Part shown: piece by piece, positions 57,601 through 64,000 of the stretch
Layout of the letters: every line of letters starts with the position of its first letter
Position numbering within the stretch: the stretch's first letter is position 1
From: Candidatus Poriferihabitaceae bacterium
Lineage (GTDB): Bacteria > Pseudomonadota > Gammaproteobacteria > Arenicellales > Poriferihabitantaceae
DNA length: 64,000 bases
Assembly (NCBI GenBank): GCA_965262585.1
Contig: OZ253546.1
Span: 266,547-330,546, forward strand
Direction: 5' to 3'
Made by a program: the position numbers and the translations under genes
Notes under the pieces: model-generated
Told to the model about the DNA's origin: nothing
Database searches by the model: none
The model's input: the letters and a program-made list of their open reading frames with translations, nothing else

Positions 57601-60600
57601 TTGGGGCGTTCAGTGCCAACCCATTCGCCACGGTTATGGTAAAGGTTGCCGATTGACTCGCGCTATTGTTATCTGTGACGGTGTAGATTGGCATAACCTC
57701 TTCCATTGCAGTCGGCGTGCCAGACAAGGTACGGGTGCTTGCGGTAAAAGTTAGACCGTCCGGCAGCGGTGTCAGCGTATAAGTCAGCGGCGTGGTGCCG
57801 CCGGTTGCCTCAGGCAAACTCAAGTCCGTAATTGCGGTGTCCATTGTGTAGGTTTGATTGCTTGGGGCGTTCAGTGCCAACCCATTCGCCACGGTTATGG
57901 TAAAGGTTGCCGATTGACTCGCGCTATTGTTATCTGTGACGGTGTAGATTGGCATAACCTCTTCCATTGCAGTCGGCGTGCCGGACAAGGTACGGGTGCT
58001 TGCGGTAAAAGTTAGACCGGTCGGTAGCGGCATCAGTGTATAGGTCAATGGAGTAGTGCCGCCGGTTGCCTCAGGCAAACTCAAGTCCGTAATTGCCGTG
58101 TCCATTGTGTAGGTCTGATTGCTTGGGGCGTTCAGTGCCAACCCATCCGCCACGGTTATGGTAAAGGTTGCCGATTGACTGGCACCATTGTTATCTGTGG
58201 CGGTGTAGATTGCTTCAACCGTTTCCATTGCAATCGGCGTACCGGATAGAACACGGCTGTCCACATCAAAATCCAAACCGTCCGGCAGTGGCATCAGCAT
58301 ATAAGTCAGGTCACCGGTGCCGCCGGTGGCCGGGTCTAAGGTCAAGTCCGTAATCGCCGTATCGATGGTGTAGGTTTGATCACCCGGCACAGTGACCTCC
58401 ACCCCCGCCGCCACAGTGACGGTAAAGGTATCCATAGCGATACTACCGTTGTCATCCGTGGCGGTGTAGGTCAAGGTAACCGGTTGCGCTGTTGCGGTGG
58501 TCGGCGTGCCGGAGAGGGTGCGGTTATTGGCGTCAAAGTTTAGACCGGGCACGGCGGTTGCCAACGCCGTGCTACTCGGCCCGGTCAGGGTATAGGTCGC
58601 GGTGCCGGTGCCGCCGGTGGCCTCTGGCAGGGTCAAGTCCGTAATCGCCGTGTCGGTGGTGTAGGTCTGATTATCCGGCGCCGTGATCTCCACGGCGTCT
58701 TCCACGGTGATGGCGACCGTATCCGATGCCGACACCGTAAATTCGGTGGTAATCTTCAGTTCGAACTCCAACTCCAACATCGTACCCGCCGCCACCCCAC
58801 CCGGCGCAGTGAAAGTCGCACGGGCGGTATCCGCATTTTCCAAATCCACCGTCGGCGTGCCACCGGTCTGCCGCCAAGAATATATCAGCGGCGTGGCTGA
58901 TATTGGGTCAATGTGACCGATGCTCTCTTCGCCATTCAGGGTAACGGTCGCGCCCTCTGCCACGGTTTGCGGATCGCCGGCCTCGGCCATCGGTTGGGAG
59001 ACCACCAGGATAATTACCGCTGCCGTTACCGATTCGTTACCGGCTGCGTCCGTGACTTCCAGCACCACATCAAGTCTGTGGGAGGCGCCCGTATCCGGCA
59101 ATTCCTGCGTCACAAGCGTCACCACAGCGCTCGTTCGGACGCCAGTCAAGATGTTCGAGTCGTCGAACACCACCCATCGATAGGTCAGCCCTTGACCTAA
59201 GGGGTCCACACTGCTGCTACTATCTAGAGTGACGGTTTCGCCTTCCAGAAAGACAGCCGTGAGGGGAGTGGGAAGAGTGGGTGGTCGGTTCCCCGGTATG
59301 ATAGCGTGGGGAGTCGACACTTCAATCACGGCAACCGGGTCGTCATTCGATAAAACGAGTATCGCGAAACCGGAAAGTAGCGTCTTCGGCCGCGATTCCC
59401 CGCCCAGTTCATCCCGCACCACCAGCGAAACGATCAGATCAGTCGCAGTCCCAACTGGCACATTCGGCGCGACAAAGGTCGGGCGAACCGGATCCGTCAG
59501 GTCGAGGGTGACATCCACATCTACCCGCACACGCGAACCTCTTTCCTCAGCACCAAGATAGCTCCAGATATAGGTCAAATTACCGTCATCACCATCCGGG
59601 TCTGAACTGCCGCTACCGTCCAGAGTGACGGTGTCGCCTGACATAACCGTTGCCGGCCAGATGAAGGTGGCGATCGGCAAATGATTCATCGGCGTGATCG
59701 TGCCCGTGGCGATGGGGTCGGTCAAAATGATTCCGGCTGGCAAAGCAGCAACGGTGGACAGCGTCACCGTGAAATCTTCGTCTCTCTCGACATGCCTATC
59801 CGTGAGGCTCGTCACGATAATCTCCGTTTCCGTACTTCCCGCCGGAATGGTCAAGGCGCGGTTCGTCACCGCCGTATAGTCTCTGCCCGCCGTCGCCGTG
59901 CCGTCGCTCGTAGACCAAGTCAGCCCTATATCGACCGCAGATGCTTTCGTCAACCGTATCGCGAAAATAAAGTCATCCCCTTCTGTTCCCGTCGCATCAT
60001 CAATGGTCATGGTCGCCGTGTCGTTCTCTTCGATGGTGCCCGTGGCTATGGGGTCGGTAAAAGTGACTCCGCTCGGCAAAGCAGTGGTAACCGACAGCGT
60101 CACCGTGAAATTCTCGTCTTCCTCGACCAGCGTATCTTCGCGGCTCGTCACGATAATCGCCGCTGACCTATCGCCCGCCGGAATGGTCAGGGCAACATCG
60201 GTCGCCGGCCTGTAGTCGGCGTTCGCCGTCGCCGTGTCGTCGCTCGTAGACCAAGTCAGTCCTATATCTACCGCCGCTGCTTGCGTCAACTGTATCGCGA
60301 AAACTAAGTCACCCCCTTCCGTTATTGCTGCATCATCAATCGTCATGGTCGCCGTGTCGTCATTCTCGATGACGCCCGTGGCTGTGGTGTTGTTGACGGT
60401 CACGATTGGTCCCGAACCCATTATGGGCAACACTTCCACCGTGAAGGACTCGTCTTCCTCGACCCGCGCATCATCGATGCTCATCACCGTTATCGCCGCT
60501 GCCGTCTCGCCCGCGGGAATCGTCAAGATACGGTTCGTCACTGCTGTGTAGTCATCGTCCGCCGGCGTTGCCGTCGCTTCAAGCGTCGACCAATTGAGCA

Positions 60601-63154
60601 TCACATCGGCGGCGACCGCCCGCTCCAGCGATACCGCAAAAGAAAGCGCGTCACCTTCCACCGCCCTCGCATCGGCGATGCTCACCACCGCCTCATCGTT
60701 GTCTTCGATGGTGCCTATTGCCGTGTCATCTCCCAAAAACACCCTGGCCGGCAAAGTGCCGGCCGCCGACAGCATCACCGTGAAATCCTCGTCGCCCTCA
60801 ACCAGCGTATCCTCCGTGCTCATGACCGTTACCGTCGCTCCCGTAGCACCCGAGGGAATCGTCAAGACAGAGTTCACCGCCGTATAGTCATCGCCCGCCG
60901 TCGCCGAGCGGTCTGCGGTCGCCACATTGAACGCCAAATCCCCAAGTGCCTGCTGACTCAGTGATACCGCGAAAGAAAGGGTGCCACCTTCCATCACCGC
61001 CGCATCGGCGATTGCCACTCTCATCCCATCGTTATCCTCGATGGTGCCCGTGGCAGTGGCAGTGGAGTCAATACTCAGCGCGCCGTCGAAGTCATCCGGC
61101 AGGGTCAGCGTCACCACAAAAGATTCGTCCCTCTCAAACAAATTATCTTCGATGCTTGGCACCGTGATTGCCGCTGTCGTCATGCCGGCGGGGATCATGA
61201 TCGAACCACTTGCTCCTTGGTAATCTTCGCCCTCCCGCACCTCTGCGTTGGAAGGCTCGATGCTCCAATCCACCTGCACAGCCTCAGCCACCTGCTGGCT
61301 CATGGTGATTGGGAAGACCAGATCCGTCCCCTCTTGCGCCGAGACATCGAAAATATGTATGACCGCCGAATCATCATTCAGGATGCGGCCAGTGGCTTGG
61401 ATCATGTTCATCGCACCGCCCGCGAATGAAACTGCGGCGGGCAAATCATCGATGGTGGAGAAGGTGAGCGTAAAAGTTTCGTCTCGTTCGACTACGTTGT
61501 CCTCACGGCCGGGCACGGTGATAAAATAGCCCGTCGCACCAAACGGGAACCGGTCCTCACCTATGGTAGAACGGTAGTCCATTCCCGCTACCACGGTCGT
61601 GGCGTTTGCCATCGCCGTGCCATCTGCGGTAGACCATCCGAGTCGCGCCTCATACCCATTAGCGACCAGATAGGGGTGAAAGTTTACAAAGAATATTACA
61701 TCATCACCCTCATCCGCCTCCACCTCATCGATACTCACGAGTACACTAATAGGCTCATTATCCAGAATGGCTGCGCGGGTGAGGCGGGTGAAATTGACTC
61801 CGGCCGGTAGCGGGTCGGTAGCGACTTCGGATAATTCCAGCGTAAAGAACGCGATGCGTTTGAGTATATCGTCATCGATTGTGTTCACCGTAAACGAGGC
61901 TTGTGTTTGAAACGGAGGGAATACCAAAACACCGGAGTCGCCCCTGTAGTCCACCCCGTCAACCGCCGTGAAGTTGGCTGCCCCTGTCCTTCTTGCAAAT
62001 TCCCGCAACGCGGGAGTCGCTGTCGATCCTTCCAGCGTCCTCCAGTTGAAACTCAACTCCGCGGGGAACGCCCGATCGAGGGTCGCTATAAAAGTGAATT
62101 GCTCGCCTTCACGCACAATACTGCTGCTGCTATCGATAGATAAATGTGCCGTCGGCGAATCATCCAGCACGGCGATGGTCACCTCGTCGGTAGAATTGCT
62201 GTTGCCCAAGTCGGTCACCGTTAGCCTGAAGGTCAACATCTCCAAGTTCGCTGCGGACCGACTCGGCGCGATAAAGGTCGGGGTGGCGGAGCGTTCATCA
62301 GTCAGCGACACAGACGTCCCGCCGATTTGCTCCCAGCGATAACTCAAAACATCTCCAATATCGGCATCTCTACTGCCGCGGCCATCGAGCATGACGGACA
62401 CGCCTTCGACGACAGTTTGATCGGCATCGGCATTGGCAACCGGCGTCGTCAGGTTAGGTATGGAGATGGCCACAGAAGTATTGGTATTGCCAACGCTGTT
62501 TACTGCCCAGACTTGATAACTATATTCGACGTTGGGGGACGAAATATCTGTGTCGGTGTAGGTAAATACCCGTGTACCCAAAATGGCAATGATGGATTGC
62601 TGTATAAAATTTGTAGTTGAATCCCTGCGAAACACCCAGTAACTACCGGTAGTGGTGAAATACAAATCCCCAGCGACTAAGGGTCGCTGCCAGTTCAGGG
62701 TCACCGCTCTGCTCCCCGCATTGTAAGAAGCACGGAGATCTCGCACCATGCTCGGTGCCACAGAAGGGCCGGCACTTATCTGAAACACATCAGACGGCGG
62801 GCCGATTGCATCGCCGTTGTATAGCCTAGCTTGGAAGTAATTGGGGCCGTTGCCGTCTAATGGAATAGTAAAAAATCCTTGCGCACCGGGAGGGTTTGCT
62901 ATGGAGAAAGCGCGAAATTCGCCATCGCCGACCCGATGTTCGTAGTGCAAGGAAGTACCGAGCGGGATGGAGATGCCCAGCGTATCGTGAGATACCTTAA
63001 CGCGCCCATCGTCGAGTACGGCCGCATCGAAGTAGGGCACTTTCGGCAGCACAATCGGTTGTGTTTGCGTCTCGGCTTCAGATGACCACCCAGCGAGCAG
63101 GCCAAGGGGCAGCAACAACACAAGGAAACTTCGGTGAAAGAACAGCCTGCACAT
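50993..63154 (-). CDS. Giant (~4,053 aa) type Va autotransporter-like adhesin with FN3-, PKD-, Calx-beta- and He_PIG/dystroglycan-type Ig-like modules
   Basis: Signal-like MCRLFFHRSFLVLLLPLGLLAG from ATG 63154; the ORF-track start 63166 is a TTG. 7 Calx-beta-like units (DY..G.L.IPAG...I.V...D...E.DE.F.V.L). 24 repeats with the LP.GL.F...R.LSGTPT motif. C-terminal beta-barrel-like ~300 aa ending LLKGEIRF. Confidence 0.85.
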   Translation of the reverse strand: MCRLFFHRSFLVLLLPLGLLAGWSSEAETQTQPIVLPKVPYFDAAVLDDGRVKVSHDTLGISIPLGTSLHYEHRVGDGEFRAFSIANPPGAQGFFTIPLDGNGPNYFQARLYNGDAIGPPSDVFQISAGPSVAPSMVRDLRASYNAGSRAVTLNWQRPLVAGDLYFTTTGSYWVFRRDSTTNFIQQSIIAILGTRVFTYTDTDISSPNVEYSYQVWAVNSVGNTNTSVAISIPNLTTPVANADADQTVVEGVSVMLDGRGSRDADIGDVLSYRWEQIGGTSVSLTDERSATPTFIAPSRSAANLEMLTFRLTVTDLGNSNSTDEVTIAVLDDSPTAHLSIDSSSSIVREGEQFTFIATLDRAFPAELSFNWRTLEGSTATPALREFARRTGAANFTAVDGVDYRGDSGVLVFPPFQTQASFTVNTIDDDILKRIAFFTLELSEVATDPLPAGVNFTRLTRAAILDNEPISVLVSIDEVEADEGDDVIFFVNFHPYLVANGYEARLGWSTADGTAMANATTVVAGMDYRSTIGEDRFPFGATGYFITVPGREDNVVERDETFTLTFSTIDDLPAAVSFAGGAMNMIQATGRILNDDSAVIHIFDVSAQEGTDLVFPITMSQQVAEAVQVDWSIEPSNAEVREGEDYQGASGSIMIPAGMTTAAITVPSIEDNLFERDESFVVTLTLPDDFDGALSIDSTATATGTIEDNDGMRVAIADAAVMEGGTLSFAVSLSQQALGDLAFNVATADRSATAGDDYTAVNSVLTIPSGATGATVTVMSTEDTLVEGDEDFTVMLSAAGTLPARVFLGDDTAIGTIEDNDEAVVSIADARAVEGDALSFAVSLERAVAADVMLNWSTLEATATPADDDYTAVTNRILTIPAGETAAAITVMSIDDARVEEDESFTVEVLPIMGSGPIVTVNNTTATGVIENDDTATMTIDDAAITEGGDLVFAIQLTQAAAVDIGLTWSTSDDTATANADYRPATDVALTIPAGDRSAAIIVTSREDTLVEEDENFTVTLSVTTALPSGVTFTDPIATGTIEENDTATMTIDDATGTEGDDFIFAIRLTKASAVDIGLTWSTSDGTATAGRDYTAVTNRALTIPAGSTETEIIVTSLTDRHVERDEDFTVTLSTVAALPAGIILTDPIATGTITPMNHLPIATFIWPATVMSGDTVTLDGSGSSDPDGDDGNLTYIWSYLGAEERGSRVRVDVDVTLDLTDPVRPTFVAPNVPVGTATDLIVSLVVRDELGGESRPKTLLSGFAILVLSNDDPVAVIEVSTPHAIIPGNRPPTLPTPLTAVFLEGETVTLDSSSSVDPLGQGLTYRWVVFDDSNILTGVRTSAVVTLVTQELPDTGASHRLDVVLEVTDAAGNESVTAAVIILVVSQPMAEAGDPQTVAEGATVTLNGEESIGHIDPISATPLIYSWRQTGGTPTVDLENADTARATFTAPGGVAAGTMLELEFELKITTEFTVSASDTVAITVEDAVEITAPDNQTYTTDTAITDLTLPEATGGTGTATYTLTGPSSTALATAVPGLNFDANNRTLSGTPTTATAQPVTLTYTATDDNGSIAMDTFTVTVAAGVEVTVPGDQTYTIDTAITDLTLDPATGGTGDLTYMLMPLPDGLDFDVDSRVLSGTPIAMETVEAIYTATDNNGASQSATFTITVADGLALNAPSNQTYTMDTAITDLSLPEATGGTTPLTYTLMPLPTGLTFTASTRTLSGTPTAMEEVMPIYTVTDNNSASQSATFTITVANGLALNAPSNQTYTMDTAITDLSLPEATGGTTPLTYTLTPLPDGLTFTASTRTLSGTPTAMEEVMPIYTVTDNNSASQSATFTITVANGLALNAPSNQTYTMDTAITDLSLPEATGGTTPLTYTLMPLPDGLTFTASTRTLSGTPTTTQEVMPTYTVTDNNGASQSATFTITVANGLALNAPSNQTYTMDTAITDLSLPEATGGTTPLTYTLMPLPDGLTFTASTRTLSGTPTAMEEVMPIYTVTDNNGASQSATFTITVANGLALNAPSNQTYTMDTAITDLSLPEATGGTTPLTYTLMPLPTGLNFNAGTRTLSGTPTAMEEVMPIYTVTDNNGASQSATFTITVANGLALNAPSNQTYTMDTAITDLPLPEATGGTTPLTYTLMPLPTGLNFNASTRTLSGTPTAMEEVMPIYTVTDDNGASQSATFTITVANGLALNTPSNQTYTMDTAITDLTLPEATGGTTPLTYTLIPLPTGLNFNASTRVLSGTPTAMQEVMPTYTVTDNNSASQSATFTITVANGLALNAPSNQTYTMNTAITDLTLDPATGGTTPLTYTLSPLPTGLNFNASTRVLSGTPTTMQTITATYTATDNNNSIATDTFTITVAARVAVTAPVDQTYTMNTAITDLILPEATGGTTPLTYTLSPLPTGLNFNATTRVLSGTPTTMQTITATYTATDNNNSIATATFTITVAARVAVTAPDDQTYTMNTAITDLILPEATGGTTPLTYTLMPLPTGLNFNASTRVLSGTPTTMQTITATYTATDNNNSIATATFTITVANGLALNAPSNQTYTMDTAITDLTLDMATGGTTPLTYTLMPLPTGLNFNASTRVLSGTPTTMQTITATYTATDNNNSIATATFTITVANGLVLNAPSNQTYTMDTAITDLTLDPATGGTTPLTYTLMPLPTGLNFNADTRVLSGTPTTMQTITATYTATDNNNSIATATFTVTVAAGVAVTAPGDQTYTMDATITDLTLPEATGGTTPLTYTLMPLPTGLNFNASTRVLSGTPTTMQTITATYTAMDNNNSIATATFTITVANGLALNAPSNQTYTMDTAITDLTLDMATGGTTPLTYTLMPLPTGLNFNAGTRVLSGTPTTMQTITATYTATDNNNSIATATFIITVANGLVLNAPNNQTYTMNTAITALPLAPATGGTSPLTYMLASLPNGLTFDADSRVLSGTPNAMQTVTATYTATDSNGASQSATFTITVANGLALNAPGNQTYTMNTAITNLALPIASGGTGTVTYTLAPLPNGLTFTVGTRVLSGTPTTMETVTAIYTAMDTNGSTAMDTFTITVANGLALNAPGNQTYTTDMAITNLALPMASGGTGTVTYTLAPLPNGLTFIATTRVLSGTPTTMETVTATYTAMDTNGSTAMDTFTITVANRLALNAPGNQTYTMNTAITNLALPMASGGTGTVTYTLTPLPDGLNFNATTRVLSGTPTTMQTITATYTAMDTNGSTAMATFTITVANRLALNAPGNQTYTMNTAITDLALPMASGGTGTVTYTLAPLPNGLTFTAGTRVLSGTPTTMETVTVIYTAMDTNGSTAMDTFTITVANGLALNAPGNQTYTMNTAITNLALPMATGGTGTVTYTLAPLPNGLTFIATTRVLSGTPTTMETVTATYTAMDTNSSTAMATFTITVANGLALSAPGNQTYTTDMAITNLALPMASGGTGTVTYTLAPLPTGLTFIADPRVLSGTPNAEGETELTYTAMDENGSMAIAAFVVIISADVTVSDPSIVAGVALNAPGNQTYTVDTEITPLTMPEATGGTGTVTYTLTPLPDGLNFDDTGRVLSGTPTTVGRIESTYTATDGNSTDSVTFIITVIAIATADDLSAARNEMILPEVTRALADRTVSPIKRRIEQANLANQSGQAAGVTIGGQRSLSGVLMAHGEPMANGTHALKDLLGDSDFVLPLNAGAAAESSSVLWGDGAYRDLSGDSGGLDWDGELSGVHIGFDARVHADMLAGVAVSWLRGDLDYEYNAGRLDEGEYKIDLTGVHPYFGWSGGVVDVWATVGYGEGDLEITEAGPAARSSDFSLRTLSIGGSGRVWQRGTTEVRVKSEVVRAELVVDGNANFTELEVDVTRVRLSMEAKRKHELAGGGVFSPSLEVGVRYDGGDGQTGGGMEVGVGLHYSNPAKRVTVEGRVRTLLDNDGEYEKWGISGQVKLLPGADGQGFSFGLSPGYGESGSDLQALWDHGVSDAAGGDATADYRAYLDAKIGYGVSLRGLEAVLTPYGEMTLGSQDSYRVGMKCKSGTRYEVTLLGERREGDGADEHTILLKGEIRF
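52380..58690 (-). repeat. In-frame tandem array, 24 units of mostly 261 nt (87 aa)
   Basis: The landmark aggtttgatt recurs at 52891, 53152, 53413, 53674, 53935, 54196, 54457, 54718, 54979 and 55240, spaced exactly 261 nt. Some neighbouring units are identical at protein level. Confidence 0.9.
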
Positions 63155-63458
63155 TATCCGCCCCAATTCAAATTGTGTGTGGGGGGGCTATGTGCGCGGC
63201 ATGAGAAGCAACCTTTTCAATCGAATCAATGTTAGATTCAAGAGCAATTAATCGGGCAATACCCGGCACATGCTTTTCATGAAAAGCCAATAAAATCTGT
63301 GTGGCTAAATGCTTCATATAATGCACCCCAAAACAGGATTAGGGTACTTATAACACATTCACCGCCCAAAAAAGTTCAACTTCCCCCCAATTCCCTACGG
63401 GTTGCTGGTTATTGGCCGCCGTAATGCTCACATTTCCCGCCGCATCCCGCCCCCTCGT

Positions 63459-63474
63459 CATTCCCGCGCAAGAA
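63459..63474. repeat. Degenerate ATTCCCGCG...GAAT REP unit
   Basis: attcccgcgcaagaat, related to the units at 51-70, 1295-1314 and 42206-42224. Confidence 0.5.
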
Positions 63475-63595
63475 TGCAATAAGTCGTAGCGCATACACTG
63501 CGGGTAATTCTGTGTAATAATGCCCGCCGCCGGCATCCGGCGTAAAACAACCCCGCACAACACCCCTTTCTTTTATTTTTTGGAGACCATCACCA

Positions 63596-64000
63596 ATGCA
63601 AACAAAACTTACCAAGATTGCCCTGACGGGTGCTTTTTTCGGCATCACCCTGGCAGCGGGATCCGTATCCGCCGAGGAAGTGACCGTGGCCTCCTGGGGC
63701 GGTTCCTATCAGGAAGCACAGAGCAAGGCACTGTTCCAGCCGGTGTCGGCGGCGACCGGCATCACCATCAACGAAGAAACCTGGAAAGGAGTCGGACAAC
63801 TGCGCACCAAAGTGAAAGCCGGTGCAGTGCCGTGGGACATTATCAGCACCGGTGCCGGTGGCGGTGCGCGGGCATGCGTGGAAGAACTACTCATCCCGCT
63901 GGACTACAACATCATTGATGTTTCCGCCTTCGTGCCCGGCTCCTATCTGCCGTGCTGTGTCGGTTCCGACATCTTCGCCACCGTTGCCGCCTGGAACACC
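63596..64000 (+). CDS. ABC transporter periplasmic binding protein, PotD/PotF (polyamine)-like, 5' partial (runs off the window)
   Basis: Not in the ORF track because no stop falls in the window. ATG 63596 follows a GGAGA Shine-Dalgarno. Translates as MQTKLTKIALTGAFFGITLAAGSVSA (signal peptide) EEVTVASWGGSYQEAQ..., a family-1 SBP pattern. Confidence 0.7.
   Translation, partial: MQTKLTKIALTGAFFGITLAAGSVSAEEVTVASWGGSYQEAQSKALFQPVSAATGITINEETWKGVGQLRTKVKAGAVPWDIISTGAGGGARACVEELLIPLDYNIIDVSAFVPGSYLPCCVGSDIFATVAAWNT

Noticed and set aside
52380-58690. Possible CRISPR-like or satellite array
   Set aside because: The units are 261 nt, contiguous without spacers, in frame and protein-coding. This is not a CRISPR array.
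52262-62620. Many plus-strand ORFs inside the giant gene (for example 53678-54622, 314 aa, itself repetitive)
   Set aside because: They are the antisense reading of the 261-nt coding repeats. Their periodicity merely mirrors the adhesin repeats.
63168-63317. The 49-aa ORF as a PhoU-domain fragment (IEKVASHAAHIA resembles the ERIGDHATNIAE-type PhoU motif)
   Set aside because: The similarity rests on a handful of residues recalled from memory in a very short ORF. It cannot be supported without a profile search.
63348-63918. ORFs 63348-63563(-), 63409-63648(-), 63520-63918(+) and 63590-63799(-)
   Set aside because: They cross REP sequence (the typical IAFLRGNDEG-type REP translation) or overlap, out of frame or antisense, the better-supported signal-peptide-bearing SBP gene that starts at 63596.

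Overview
Chromosomal segment of a high-GC Gram-negative, probably proteobacterial, bacterium; tRNA-Gln sits beside the conserved prs-rplY-pth-ychF block. All calls come from motif recognition by eye and from my memory of protein families. No database search, HMM or folding run was possible. Left to right the window holds: (1) a REP/NIME-like repeat cluster carrying an IS30-family element; (2) an orphan 690-bp copy of an autotransporter beta-barrel 3' end; (3) a tightly overlapped 7-gene minus-strand operon (RpiR regulator, polar-amino-acid/opine-type ABC importer, MmgE/PrpD protein, arginase-family ureohydrolase) divergent from a DMGDH-like FAD/folate demethylase; (4) the housekeeping block; (5) an orphan CbbO/NorD-like VWA protein coupled to an M24 metallopeptidase, then hspQ; (6) a cluster of an acyl-CoA ligase, a Liv-type ABC importer, a PaaK-like ligase and a family III CoA-transferase; (7) a leucine-catabolic liu cluster (ivd, thiolase, MCC beta/alpha, HMG-CoA lyase, DUF2889-like) that lacks a hydratase and is split by a low-GC HEPN-like ORF; (8) a complete N-methylglutamate (NMG) methylamine-oxidation locus (gmaS-mgsABC-mgdABCD) interrupted by two low-GC insertions, one a 116-aa orphan ORF plus REP composite, the other a DpnA-like GATC methyltransferase plus MutH-family endonuclease; (9) a ~12.2-kb gene for a ~4,050-aa autotransporter with 7 Calx-beta-like, PKD-like and 24 tandem 87-aa Ig-like modules; (10) the 5' end of a PotD/PotF-like binding-protein gene. 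The candidates I rate most worth follow-up are the hybrid giant autotransporter and its IS-linked barrel fragment, the lone HEPN-like ORF, the MTase/MutH-like cassette together with the uncharacterised ORFs inside the NMG operon, and the RpiR-controlled PrpD/ureohydrolase/DMGDH-like cluster.
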